The notes beneath the pieces are model-generated. The model was not told where the DNA came from, ran no database searches, and saw only the letters and a program-made list of their open reading frames with translations. Position numbers and translations under genes: made by a program. A DNA stretch of 64,000 bases from an uncultured Lentimicrobium sp. (GTDB taxonomy: Bacteria; Bacteroidota; Bacteroidia; Bacteroidales; Lentimicrobiaceae), in contig CAZDBX010000001.1 of assembly GCA_964503805.1 (NCBI GenBank), positions 7,456 through 71,455 of the forward strand. The letters run 5' to 3'. This document shows positions 29,435 to 40,877 of the stretch, one piece after another (positions within the stretch are counted from its first letter, which is position 1; every line of letters begins with the position of its first letter).

Positions 29435-29453
29435 AAACGATTTGTTTTAAAAG

Positions 29454-30110
29454 TTAATCTCTCCACAGATAGGGGAATAGTATCACCGCCAGCACCACAA
29501 CCACCAGATCAATGAGTGCAATAGCGGACATGAAACGCAGCATTTCCGCTGCTTCAACCCGGCCTGTAAGGGCTTTCTGAGATGCTTTTACAAGCAGCAG
29601 CAGCAGGGGAAGCACAACCGGAAATCCAAGAATTGCCATCAGGGCGGCGTTGTTCCCGGATCGGGAAGCAATGGCAGAAACCATGGTCAGCGCTGAAGCC
29701 AGTCCAATGCAACCCAATAGAAATGCCGGAACAAAAAGCCCGGCGTAAAGTCCAGGAAAGCCCATAAAAACAGTGAACAACCCAAGGCTTAGGCCACCCA
29801 ATACCAGCATCAGCAAGGAATTGTATACCATTTTGGAGATCACCACCGACAAAGGCGAAGCGATCATAAAATAGTATAAACGGCGGGCCGAGGCTTCCTG
29901 AATAAAACTCTTGGATACGGCATTGAATGCGGCAAAAAGCAGGATAATCCAGAAAAGGGCAATCCAGGTTTTTTCATCGATCACCCGGCCAAAGCAAAGC
30001 TGAACCACAAAGATTGTGGAGAAAACATAGAGCAAAATGCCGTTGATGGCATAACGCTGCCTGATCTCCAGCAAAAACTCCTTACGTATCAGTTCCGCAG
30101 TTTCTCTCAA
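29454..30110 (-). CDS. ccmB: Heme exporter protein CcmB
   Basis: RKEFLLEIR, about 6 TM helices, LMAILGFPVVLPLL, terminal FPYLWRD. Confidence 0.85.
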   Translation of the reverse strand: MRETAELIRKEFLLEIRQRYAINGILLYVFSTIFVVQLCFGRVIDEKTWIALFWIILLFAAFNAVSKSFIQEASARRLYYFMIASPLSVVISKMVYNSLLMLVLGGLSLGLFTVFMGFPGLYAGLFVPAFLLGCIGLASALTMVSAIASRSGNNAALMAILGFPVVLPLLLLLVKASQKALTGRVEAAEMLRFMSAIALIDLVVVVLAVILFPYLWRD

Positions 30111-30127
30111 TCCGGTCTGTTTATTTG

Positions 30128-31423
30128 TCAGGTTTTCCTTATAATTGTCTGATCCCTGTTGGGGCCAACGGATATTACAGTAACCGGCAAGCCGAGTATC
30201 TGACCCAGGGCATCTGTATAATTTCTGAAATTTCCGGGCAATTCTTCCCAGTTTCTGCAGTCGCTGATCGGCGTCTTCCAGCCTGCATACTGCGAGAGTA
30301 CGGGTTCTATGGCCTGGTTCAAGGTATCGTAGCCCGGGAACTCAAAAACTTCGTCGCCTATCTTATAACCGGTACAAACGCTGATTGTTTCAAATTCATC
30401 GAGTACATCTGCCTTCATCATCACAAGGTCGGTCACGCCGTTGAGCATAACGGAATACCTGAGGGCAGGCAGGTCAAGCCAGCCGCAGCGCCTCGGTCGT
30501 CCGGTGGTTGATCCGAACTCCCGGCCTTTATCGCGCAGCATTTCACCGGTTTCTTCAAGCAGCTCGGTAGGGAACGGCCCGCCACCCACGCGGGTGCAAT
30601 AGGCTTTGAATACCCCGAATACCCGGCCGACATTGTGCGGAGAAATGCCCAGCCCCGAGCAAACCCCGGCGCTGATGGTGTTTGATGATGTAACGTAAGG
30701 ATATGTGCCGAAATCAATATCGAGCATCGTACCCTGCGCGCCTTCAGCCAGTATCTTCTTCCCCCCGCGCATACTCTGATTGATAAATATTTCACTGTCA
30801 ATCAACCTGATATCTGAAATATAGTCAAGGCTCTCGAACCAGTGCTGTTCATATTCTTCGAGCATCAAGTTCTCAATCCGGAGAATGTCAGGATCGGGAT
30901 TGAATGACTCAATGATACGCATGTGTTGGGTTTTCAGCGCATTATATTTTTCGCGAAGGCCCGGGAACTGGGTATCACCAATCCTCAGTCCGTGCCTGCC
31001 GGTTTTATCGGTATACGTTGGTCCGATACCCTTCAGCGTTGAGCCGATTTTGGCGGAACCTTTTGAGGCTTCCTCAACCGCGTCGATCAGCCGGTGGGTA
31101 GGCAGAATCAGGTGCGCGCGTTTGGATATCAGCATGTTCAATTCAGGCCTGGCTCCCCTGTCGCGCAACTTCTTCAGCTCCCTGGCCAGAATATAAGGGT
31201 CAATGATCACCCCATTGCCAACGACGTTAATCTTTTCAGGGTGGAAAATTCCGCTGGGGATGGTATGCAGCACATGCTTTATCCCGTTAAACTCAAGGGT
31301 ATGACCGGCATTCGGACCACCCTGAAACCGGGCTATGATATCATAGTCCGGCGTAAGCACATCCGTAATTTTCCCTTTCCCTTCGTCGCCCCACTGGAGG
31401 CCAAGCAAAACATCAATTTTCAT
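30128..31423 (-). CDS. purA: Adenylosuccinate synthase
   Basis: GLQWGDEGKGK, RFQGGPNAGHT, EGAQG, GTYPYVTSS, GSTTGRPRRCGWLD. Confidence 0.97.
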   Translation of the reverse strand: MKIDVLLGLQWGDEGKGKITDVLTPDYDIIARFQGGPNAGHTLEFNGIKHVLHTIPSGIFHPEKINVVGNGVIIDPYILARELKKLRDRGARPELNMLISKRAHLILPTHRLIDAVEEASKGSAKIGSTLKGIGPTYTDKTGRHGLRIGDTQFPGLREKYNALKTQHMRIIESFNPDPDILRIENLMLEEYEQHWFESLDYISDIRLIDSEIFINQSMRGGKKILAEGAQGTMLDIDFGTYPYVTSSNTISAGVCSGLGISPHNVGRVFGVFKAYCTRVGGGPFPTELLEETGEMLRDKGREFGSTTGRPRRCGWLDLPALRYSVMLNGVTDLVMMKADVLDEFETISVCTGYKIGDEVFEFPGYDTLNQAIEPVLSQYAGWKTPISDCRNWEELPGNFRNYTDALGQILGLPVTVISVGPNRDQTIIRKT

Positions 31424-31609
31424 TTAAAAGCAAATTTTTTGTAACAAACTGAAGGTGAAGACCATGAATCATGGCTTCACCTCGTTTAAAGGGTCTGTCC
31501 CTGCTGGGACACGGCTGTGCAATGATACTGAAACATTACGGAAAAACGAAATTCTCCGGCTACAAAATGAAGGACCACAACTGCGGAATTAAGGAAAGAA
31601 GTGTTATGA

Positions 31610-32095
31610 TCAGTTCGTTTCTGCGCTGGTCAGACTAACCGGTCGGTCTTCTTTCGCTTTAAGATATCCGAAGAAGGTGAGGGAATGACTGGTTATGGTA
31701 ACTCCCAGCAGTTTTTCTACCGACGTCTGGATTTCCTGGAGACGGGGATCGCAAAACTCAAGTACCGACCCATCTTCCAGGTTGATAAAGTGGTCGTGCT
31801 GCTTGAATTTGAATGAGCGCTCAAACTGAGAACAGTTGTTTCCAAACTGATGTTTGGTTACCAGGTTACAGTTCTGCAGCAATTCAATGGTATTGTATAA
31901 AGTGGCCCGGCTTACCCTGTACTTGTTATTTTTCATCTGGAGATAAAGGGTCTCGATATCGAAATGCCCTTCAGTGGAGTAAATTTCTTTCAGTATGGTG
32001 AAACGTTCAGGTGTCTTCCGGTGCCCGTGACTTTCAAGATATTCGGTAAATATTTTCTTTACCGTATCAAAATTAAGGCGGTCGTTGTCTCTCAT
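31610..32095 (-). CDS. fur: Fur family transcriptional regulator
   Basis: [38 protein letters not shown]. Start likely ATG 32095. Confidence 0.85.
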   Translation of the reverse strand: MRDNDRLNFDTVKKIFTEYLESHGHRKTPERFTILKEIYSTEGHFDIETLYLQMKNNKYRVSRATLYNTIELLQNCNLVTKHQFGNNCSQFERSFKFKQHDHFINLEDGSVLEFCDPRLQEIQTSVEKLLGVTITSHSLTFFGYLKAKEDRPVSLTSAETN

Positions 32096-32283
32096 AAGAT
32101 TTATTTTATTGTCCCTAAACAAGTTAACCTTACTTCGATTAACATGAAAGGCATTTGGAATGCCCCCTTTAAATTCCGGATAAAGGTAAAAAATTTCTTA
32201 TTACTATTTGGTATAAATAAAAATAATGTAGGAAAAGGAGGCCTAAAGCGGGGGTTGCCTGCTCCGGAAATCACGGCCGGGGC

Positions 32284-34518
32284 TTACTTCCGGGCGACAG
32301 CAGGGGCGTTGATCCTTGAAACATTATCAATCCCTTTTACCTTCCGCAACCCCGACATAAGAACATTCAGCACCTCGATGTCGGGTACCAGCACCAGAAT
32401 GCTGGCTTCATAAACTTCACCGGTTGAATCTATGTGAAATGAACGGATATTAAGATTCAACTGCTCTGTAATCACTTTTGTGATTTCGTTGATCAGCCCC
32501 CGGTGGTCAAAGCCGGAAATTCTGATTCCTGCAGGATAGGTGGCGGCCTCCCGGCTGGTCCAGTTTGTGCGGATAATCCGGTTGCCGAATTTCGACATCA
32601 GCTGAATGGCTTCGGGGCAGTTGGTACGATGGATCCAGATGTTCTCCTCATTTGCCCTGAAACCGATGATATCGTCCCCGGGTATCGGGTTACAACAGTC
32701 GGATATCCTGTAGGAAACTTCGCCTTCAATCACTGTGTCCTGTTTCATCCTCATCTTCTCCCTCACGTCTTCCGACAGACGCTGGGGTATCTGGGGTTTA
32801 CTCCGGGCAAAGGGACGCGTAATGATATTGAGCCACTTTCCTTTATCATGCTGCTGAATGCACTCCTTGAGTTCTTTCAGTCCGATTTCACCCTGGGCGA
32901 CCTTATAATACAGATCAAGGGTCGACCCGATCTTGTTGCATTCCTGCAGCCTGAGCGTATGGGCGCGCGATGGTTCCATATTCAGTTCCCTGAAATATCC
33001 CTCAAGGAGCGCTTTACCATCTTCGGCAAACTTTTTCTTCTGCTCTTTCAGGGCATCTTTTATGTATGACCGAGCACGGGCGGTTACGACAAAATCAACC
33101 CATTCATCCCGGGGATGCTGCTTTTTGGATGTAATGATCTCTACCTGATCACCATTGTTCAGCACCTGGTTCAGGGCTACCAGCCTGTGGTTGACTTTGG
33201 CCCCGATACACTGATTTCCGATTTCCGAATGGATATTATAGGCAAAATCAAGGGCAGTGGACCTCGACGGCAGTGTCTTGACTTCGCCCTTGGGGGTGAA
33301 GACTATGATTTCATCAGCGAAAAGGTTGAGCTTAAACTCATCGAGAAAGGTTAACGCGTTAGGATCCGGGGTCTGCAGCAACTCCTTGATCTTGTTCAGC
33401 CAGCGATCGATGCCGCTCTCGTTGTTCACCTTTTCCTTATACTTCCAGTGGGCGGCATAGCCCTTCTCGGCAATCTCATTCATGCGGCGGGTGCGGATCT
33501 GCACTTCAACCCACTGGCCCGAATGGCTCATAACCGTGGTATGCAGCGACTCATAGCCATTGGCTTTAGGACTTGAAATCCAGTCGCGCAACCTGTTTTG
33601 TTTGGGACTGTAATAATCGGTAACTATTGAATAAGCCTGCCAGCACTGGTATTTTTCATTATCATATTCAGTGTCAATAATAATGCGGATGGCAAAAAGA
33701 TCGTACACCTCCTCAAAAGGAATCTGCTTTGATTTCATCTTTTGCCAGATGGAATAAATCGACTTTTCGCGGCCGATGATCTCGAATACCAGCCCCTGTT
33801 CGGAGAGCGCTTTTTTGATGGGATAGATAAACTTGCTGATAAATTTCGACCTGGAAACCGCCGTTTCTTCAAGCTTCTTGGCTATCGTCTGATAGATCTC
33901 AGGTTCCGTATATTTAAGCGCAAGATCCTCGAGTTCGCTTTTGATGGCATAAAGCCCCAGCCGGTGGGCCAGGGGCGCAAAAAGGTATATCGTTTCGGAT
34001 GCGATTTTCAACTGCTTTTCGGCCGCCATCGAATCAAGGGTGCGCATGTTGTGCAGCCGGTCGGCCAGTTTTATCAGAATCACCCTCACGTCATCCGAAA
34101 GGGTAAGCAGTATCTTCCTGAAGTTTTCCGCCTGGGCCGAGGCCGAAGAATGGTCGAAGATTTCCTTGATTTTGGTAAGTCCGTCAATAATCAGGGCGAT
34201 TTTGTCACCGAACATGCGGCGGATATCTTCGAGGGTGTAGTTGGTATCCTCAACCACATCGTGCAACAGGGCGCAGATAATGGAGGTTTCTCCCAGCCCT
34301 ATATCCCCGGCAACAATCCGGGCTACTTCAAGTGGGTGATAGATGTATGGTTCCCCGCTTTTCCGCCGCATATCCTTGTGCGCGGTAACAGCCAGATTGA
34401 AAGCCTTGCGCACCATTCGTTTGTTCTTCTGCTCACCAGCCTTCCCCCAGGCATTCAGTAAATTACGGTACCGCTTAAGAATTTCCCTGCGTTCCTCTTC
34501 CGGATTTATTATATACAT
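32284..34518 (-). CDS. spoT: RelA/SpoT bifunctional (p)ppGpp synthetase/hydrolase
   Basis: RKSGEPYIYHP, LLHDVVED (intact HD), KLADRLHNMRT, YESLHT, EVQIRT, TGS and ACT domains. Start likely ATG 34518. Confidence 0.93.
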   Translation of the reverse strand: MYIINPEEERREILKRYRNLLNAWGKAGEQKNKRMVRKAFNLAVTAHKDMRRKSGEPYIYHPLEVARIVAGDIGLGETSIICALLHDVVEDTNYTLEDIRRMFGDKIALIIDGLTKIKEIFDHSSASAQAENFRKILLTLSDDVRVILIKLADRLHNMRTLDSMAAEKQLKIASETIYLFAPLAHRLGLYAIKSELEDLALKYTEPEIYQTIAKKLEETAVSRSKFISKFIYPIKKALSEQGLVFEIIGREKSIYSIWQKMKSKQIPFEEVYDLFAIRIIIDTEYDNEKYQCWQAYSIVTDYYSPKQNRLRDWISSPKANGYESLHTTVMSHSGQWVEVQIRTRRMNEIAEKGYAAHWKYKEKVNNESGIDRWLNKIKELLQTPDPNALTFLDEFKLNLFADEIIVFTPKGEVKTLPSRSTALDFAYNIHSEIGNQCIGAKVNHRLVALNQVLNNGDQVEIITSKKQHPRDEWVDFVVTARARSYIKDALKEQKKKFAEDGKALLEGYFRELNMEPSRAHTLRLQECNKIGSTLDLYYKVAQGEIGLKELKECIQQHDKGKWLNIITRPFARSKPQIPQRLSEDVREKMRMKQDTVIEGEVSYRISDCCNPIPGDDIIGFRANEENIWIHRTNCPEAIQLMSKFGNRIIRTNWTSREAATYPAGIRISGFDHRGLINEITKVITEQLNLNIRSFHIDSTGEVYEASILVLVPDIEVLNVLMSGLRKVKGIDNVSRINAPAVARK

Positions 34519-34843
34519 AGCTGCCTGTGCGCTTACATTGTGTGTGTGCCGATGCACAAAGTTACACATTAAACGGCTGTTGTACTAAAAGGTCACGGAT
34601 GAATCCCCAAATTGGCCTGATATTTTTTGCCCGGCGAAAGGAATGCACCGGAATGAAAAATCATAAAACAATGCTGAGATATTGAACGTCTTTTCTGAGC
34701 TGCCTCAAAGATTTAAAAAAAATCCCGGCTTATCTGACTTTCCACGCGGCGCGGTATTGTTTTTGCTGGAAATAAACCGAATTTGACTGCAAATTGTTAC
34801 TTTTGATGATCATCCGGCGGAGCCGCCGTCATATAGCCAAGTA

Positions 34844-37528
34844 ATGAATGCTGAGAAAACTGTCCTGCACAAGCTGAAATACCTGTTACTTACGCTGGTG
34901 ATGTCTTTTGCCGGCTTTGAGCTATATGCCACGCATCAGCGCGCGGGAGAAATAACCTACCGGCATATCTCGGGACTTACTTACGAGGTAACAATTACCA
35001 CCTATACCTTTGCACCCAGTGCAGCAGACCGCTGCGAACTCACCATTAACTGGGGCGACGGACAAAGCAGTGTACTTCCAAGAGCAAACGGGCCTTCAGG
35101 GCAGACTCCGGCAGGAATTTTCTGTGAACATACCGGGGAAAACATTACCCTTGACATAAGATTGAACATTTATACCGGTGTTCATACCTACGCAGCCCCA
35201 TCCACTTACCGTATCTGGCTCGAAGACCCCAACCGGAACCTGGGCATCCAGAACATTCCCAACTCCGTGGATGTGCCACTCTATATTGAAACACTGTTGG
35301 TAATCAACCCATTCCTCGGAGGAAACAACTCTCCGGTACTGCTCCTGCCACCCATCGACAACGGCTGTGTCGGCATCCCTTACCTGCACAATCCGGGCGC
35401 CTATGATCCTGACGGCGACAGCCTTTCTTACAGGCTTGTAAACTGTAAAGGAGCCGGCGGGCTTGATATTCCGGGGTTTAAACTACCCAACGAAGTGGAC
35501 ACGCAAAATCCGGGCACCTTCACCATTGATCCGCTAACCGGCGATATCACCTGGGATAGTCCTACTCGTCAGGGCGAGTATAACTTTGCCTTCCTGATCG
35601 AAGAATGGCGCAATGGCGTTAAAATTGGCCATGTCACCCGGGATATGCAGGTGAACATTATTGCCTGCAACAATAACCCTCCGGTACTGGAAGTGGTTAC
35701 CGACACCTGTGTAATTGCCGGGGACACACTGCGGCTTTTTGTAAGGGCCACCGATCAGGACAACGACCGCATAACCCTCACCGCCGATGGTGGCCCGTTC
35801 AGGCTTCCCGTAAGCCCCGCTATTTTCAACCAACCTGAAGACTCAACAGGCCACGTTAGCGAAACCGTTGTCTGGCCAACCGTTTGCGCCCATGTAAGAA
35901 ATCAGCCCTACCAACTCTATTTTAAAGCCCAGGACAACGGAACTCCCGTAAGGCTGTTTGACCTGAAAACAACAAATATCCTTGTTATTGCACCTCCTGT
36001 GCTGAACCCGCAGGCTGTGCCCTTAGGGAACAGCATGGTACTCAACTGGGAGCAGTATACCTGTAAAGATGCGGAAGGCTTCCGGATTTACCGCCGGACG
36101 GGATCATCAGGATTCATACCCGGAACATGCCAGACCGGAGTCCCGCCGGAAACGGGGTATCGGCTTATTGCGCAGACCAACGACATAAACAACACAAGTT
36201 ATATAGATGACAATGAAGGACTTGGGCTGGTCAGAGGTGTGACATACTGCTATATTATCACTTCCTGGTTTGAGGATGGTGCCGAGGGTATCGCATCCGA
36301 AGAGTTCTGCGCCAGCCTGAAAAAGGATATGCCTGTCATTACCAATGTTAGCATAAACCTTACATCAGCGCAGAATGGCCAGGTTTACACCGCCTGGTCG
36401 AAGCCCACTGAACTGGACCTTCTGCAAACACCCGGACCGTTTATCTACCGCCTATTCAGGTCAGCCGGGTTTAACAACACCGTAAAACAGCAGATTGCTG
36501 AATTTACCAGCCTGGATGATACCACTTTTACCGATTCAGGGATCAATACCCGCGATACTGCATGGACCTACACCATAGAGTTTATCAACGATACGCCCGG
36601 CAACCGCTTTACCATCGGGTTTACCCCTCCTGCATCATCGGTTTTTATCCGTACGATACCTTCCGACAGGCAGGTTACCATCAATATTAACGCCAATGTG
36701 CCCTGGCTTAACCAGTGGTACACCATTTACAGAAAAAACAGCGTCACCGGCCTATTTGACAGCATTGCCCAAACCAATCGCACGGCTTATACCGACACCG
36801 CGCTGATAAATGAGCAGGAGTATTGTTACAGGGTAAGATCCACAGGCACCTACGGCACCCCGGGCTATATCGATCCTTTAATCAACTTTTCGCAGGAGCA
36901 TTGCGATATCCCCATCGACAATGTTGCGCCCTGCCCGCCCCTGCTGCTGGTGGAAGTGGAATGCGATGCACGGGAACTCCGGTTCAGGTGGGAAGATATT
37001 TCACAAACCTGTGCACCGGATATCAGCCAGTATTTTCTTTATCAGACCGGCAATCCGCATAAACTTTTAGGCACATTCCCGCCTTCCGTCACATCGTTCA
37101 ACTATATCCCGTCATCAACCATTGCAGGCTGCTTTTTCGTTACGGCAAGCGACCTGAACGGAAACACCGACACCACAACTTACAGTCAGGTCTGTACAAG
37201 CATTGATGACTGCCCTCGCTACCGCCTGCCCAATGTTTTCACACCGAACAGCGACGGGTACAATGATCTGCTAGTTCCTTTTCCGGGATATACATCAGTT
37301 GAAAAAATCGATCTGAAAATCTTCAACCGCTGGGGAGTGGTTGTTTTCGAGACCAGTGATCCCGCGATACGCTGGGATGGCAAGGACAAGAACACCAATA
37401 AGCCATGCAGCGAAGGTGTTTATTACTATGTCTGCGACGTTTACGAAGTAGTGGGCACCCCTGAGAATCCGGAAGACAGGATCATTGAAAAGCGGACGCT
37501 TACCAACAGCCTGCACCTGCTGAGATAA
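34844..37528 (+). CDS. Secreted protein with FN3/Ig-like domains and a T9SS type B (gliding-motility-associated/CHU_C) C-terminal domain
   Basis: Signal peptide then ATHQRAGEITY, DPDGDSLSY, FN3-like YCY repeats, C-terminal PNVFTPNSDGYND...IFNRWG...WDG...GVYYY. Confidence 0.85.
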   Translation: MNAEKTVLHKLKYLLLTLVMSFAGFELYATHQRAGEITYRHISGLTYEVTITTYTFAPSAADRCELTINWGDGQSSVLPRANGPSGQTPAGIFCEHTGENITLDIRLNIYTGVHTYAAPSTYRIWLEDPNRNLGIQNIPNSVDVPLYIETLLVINPFLGGNNSPVLLLPPIDNGCVGIPYLHNPGAYDPDGDSLSYRLVNCKGAGGLDIPGFKLPNEVDTQNPGTFTIDPLTGDITWDSPTRQGEYNFAFLIEEWRNGVKIGHVTRDMQVNIIACNNNPPVLEVVTDTCVIAGDTLRLFVRATDQDNDRITLTADGGPFRLPVSPAIFNQPEDSTGHVSETVVWPTVCAHVRNQPYQLYFKAQDNGTPVRLFDLKTTNILVIAPPVLNPQAVPLGNSMVLNWEQYTCKDAEGFRIYRRTGSSGFIPGTCQTGVPPETGYRLIAQTNDINNTSYIDDNEGLGLVRGVTYCYIITSWFEDGAEGIASEEFCASLKKDMPVITNVSINLTSAQNGQVYTAWSKPTELDLLQTPGPFIYRLFRSAGFNNTVKQQIAEFTSLDDTTFTDSGINTRDTAWTYTIEFINDTPGNRFTIGFTPPASSVFIRTIPSDRQVTININANVPWLNQWYTIYRKNSVTGLFDSIAQTNRTAYTDTALINEQEYCYRVRSTGTYGTPGYIDPLINFSQEHCDIPIDNVAPCPPLLLVEVECDARELRFRWEDISQTCAPDISQYFLYQTGNPHKLLGTFPPSVTSFNYIPSSTIAGCFFVTASDLNGNTDTTTYSQVCTSIDDCPRYRLPNVFTPNSDGYNDLLVPFPGYTSVEKIDLKIFNRWGVVVFETSDPAIRWDGKDKNTNKPCSEGVYYYVCDVYEVVGTPENPEDRIIEKRTLTNSLHLLR

Positions 37529-37732
37529 TCCCGGATTACCAATATAAATAGTCCGCTAATTTAAAGCATCGCGCAAGGTCGCAAAGACGCAATGACTTGA
37601 TTATGTATGATTTGTTATCCTTAACAAGTTTTTGTAATCCGCCGTATGTCAATTCATTTACAATTATCAACAGAGTATTTCAATATAAAAATCAATGGTG
37701 CAATGCTACAGGGCTTTCCGGTTATTAATCCG

Positions 37733-37761
37733 AAAAAAAGGCACCCCGAAGGATGCCTTTT
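37733..37761 (-). terminator. Intrinsic terminator of gap
   Basis: Minus strand GGCATCC-TTCG-GGGTGCC plus T7. Confidence 0.85.
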
Positions 37762-37780
37762 ATACCTGTATCAATAATGA

Positions 37781-38791
<1,011 letters not shown>

Positions 38792-39044
38792 TCAATTTAG
38801 GTGAATAAAAATCTTTCGTAAAAGCGGTGCAAAGGTAAGCAATAATAACGTCAAATAAAAATTTCACCATGACTTATCACATCTGCTATCTTTTTGATTA
38901 CATGCATCTTACTGCATCTGTAAACATAAAAAGGCAACAGGTTGAAAGAAGTGAATCCGGTGCAATCGATTGCACCAAAACTATATTTGAAGCATGAGGC
39001 TCAAAGGTGATGAACATAAGTGATTTCGGCGTAAATTTGCACCG

Positions 39045-40832
39045 ATGAAAAATACGCGCAACTTTTGTATCATAGCTCATATTGACCATGGTAAGAGCAC
39101 CCTGGCCGACCGCCTGCTTGAATTTACAGGAACACTGACTGACCGTCAGCAACAGGATCAGGTGCTTGACGATATGGACCTGGAGCGCGAGCGGGGAATC
39201 ACGATCAAGAGCCATGCCATTCAGATGGAATATAATTTCAATGGCGAGCTCTATAAGCTTAACCTGATTGACACCCCGGGCCATGTGGATTTTTCATACG
39301 AGGTTTCCAGATCAATTGCCGCCTGCGAAGGGGCATTGCTGATTGTGGATGCCACACAGGGAATTCAGGCCCAGACCATTTCGAACCTTTACCTTGCCCT
39401 GGAACACGACCTGGAGATCATCCCGATTATGAATAAAATGGACATGGACAATGCCATGCCCGAAGAAGTTGAAGAACAGATCATTGACCTGATCGGATGC
39501 AAACCTGAGGATATTATAAGGGCCAGCGGAAAAACCGGTCTCGGCGTTGATGAAATTCTTGAAGCCATCATCAAACGGATACCGGCTCCATCGGGTGATC
39601 CCGATGCACCGCTGCAGGCGCTTATCTTCGATTCCGTTTTTAATTCTTTCAGGGGGATCATTGCCTACTTCAGAATCATCAACGGACAGATCAGAAAAGG
39701 GGATTTCGTGAAATTCTTTGCTACCGGCAAAGAGTATAATGCCGATGAAATAGGCGTGCTCAAACTGGTACAACAGCCCAGGGAAATGCTGAGTGCAGGG
39801 GATGTGGGATATATCATATCAGGCATCAAAACCTCGCGCGAGGTAAAGGTGGGAGATACCATTACCCATGTGAAACGCCCCTGTGAAAAAGCCATTGAAG
39901 GGTTTACCAATGTTAAACCCATGGTCTATGCAGGTATTTATCCTGTTGATGCTGATGATTATGAGGAACTGAGGGCCTCGATGGAAAAACTCCAGCTCAA
40001 CGACGCCTCCCTGGTGTTCGAGCCGGAATCATCTGCCGCCCTGGGATTCGGATTCCGTTGCGGATTCCTCGGGCTGCTGCACATGGAGATTATCCAGGAG
40101 AGGCTCGACCGCGAATTCGACATGGATGTGATCACCACGGTGCCCAACGTATCCTACAAAGCATATACAACCAAAGGTGAAATACTGGATGTGCACAACC
40201 CGTCCGGTCTTCCGGCCCCCAACTACCTCGACTTTATCGAAGAGCCTTATATTTCAGCCCAGATTATATCCAAATCCGAATACATAGGCGCTGTGATGAC
40301 CCTGTGCATCGGCAAAAGGGGTACGTTAAAAAACCAGATTTACCTTACCAGCGACCGGGTTGAACTCACCATGGAACTTCCCCTCGGCGAGATTGTATTC
40401 GATTTTTATGATAAGCTGAAGAGTATTTCAAAAGGTTACGCCTCTTTTGACTATCATATCAGCGGGTACAAAGCAGCCAAGCTGGTGCGGCTGGATATCC
40501 TGCTGAACAGCGAACCGGTTGATGCCCTTTCCACCCTTATCCACCAGGACAACGCCTATGAATTCGGGAGGCGGATGTGCGCAAAGCTGAAGGAACTTAT
40601 TCCCAGGCAACAGTTTGACATTGCCATACAGGCGGCCATTGGCGCCAAAATCATTGCCCGCGAAACTGTTAAAGCTGTAAGGAAGGACGTTACCGCAAAA
40701 TGTTACGGAGGAGATATCACCCGTAAGCGCAAACTGCTTGAAAAACAGAAAAAGGGGAAGAAGAGAATGCGGCAGGTTGGCAATGTGGAAGTCCCGCAGT
40801 CGGCATTCCTCGCCGTTCTTAAACTTGATTAG
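39045..40832 (+). CDS. lepA: Elongation factor 4
   Basis: [64 protein letters not shown]. Confidence 0.97.
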   Translation: MKNTRNFCIIAHIDHGKSTLADRLLEFTGTLTDRQQQDQVLDDMDLERERGITIKSHAIQMEYNFNGELYKLNLIDTPGHVDFSYEVSRSIAACEGALLIVDATQGIQAQTISNLYLALEHDLEIIPIMNKMDMDNAMPEEVEEQIIDLIGCKPEDIIRASGKTGLGVDEILEAIIKRIPAPSGDPDAPLQALIFDSVFNSFRGIIAYFRIINGQIRKGDFVKFFATGKEYNADEIGVLKLVQQPREMLSAGDVGYIISGIKTSREVKVGDTITHVKRPCEKAIEGFTNVKPMVYAGIYPVDADDYEELRASMEKLQLNDASLVFEPESSAALGFGFRCGFLGLLHMEIIQERLDREFDMDVITTVPNVSYKAYTTKGEILDVHNPSGLPAPNYLDFIEEPYISAQIISKSEYIGAVMTLCIGKRGTLKNQIYLTSDRVELTMELPLGEIVFDFYDKLKSISKGYASFDYHISGYKAAKLVRLDILLNSEPVDALSTLIHQDNAYEFGRRMCAKLKELIPRQQFDIAIQAAIGAKIIARETVKAVRKDVTAKCYGGDITRKRKLLEKQKKGKKRMRQVGNVEVPQSAFLAVLKLD

Positions 40833-40877
40833 CCCCGGTTTTCCCCGCAATTTAATGCACCCGTCCGGTTTTCCTGC

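Noticed and set aside
33742-34461. Long antisense ORFs (239 aa here; also 7838-8491, 24747-25325, 48791-49540, 63021-63782)
   Set aside because: They are shadows of well-conserved genes on the opposite strand (spoT, ettA, rocD, ackA, thioredoxin/panC) with no recognisable motifs.
37565-37596. cgcaaggtcgcaaagacgcaatg short periodic motif, reminiscent of REP-like intergenic repeats
   Set aside because: Single degenerate copy in the window; cannot be supported without the rest of the genome.
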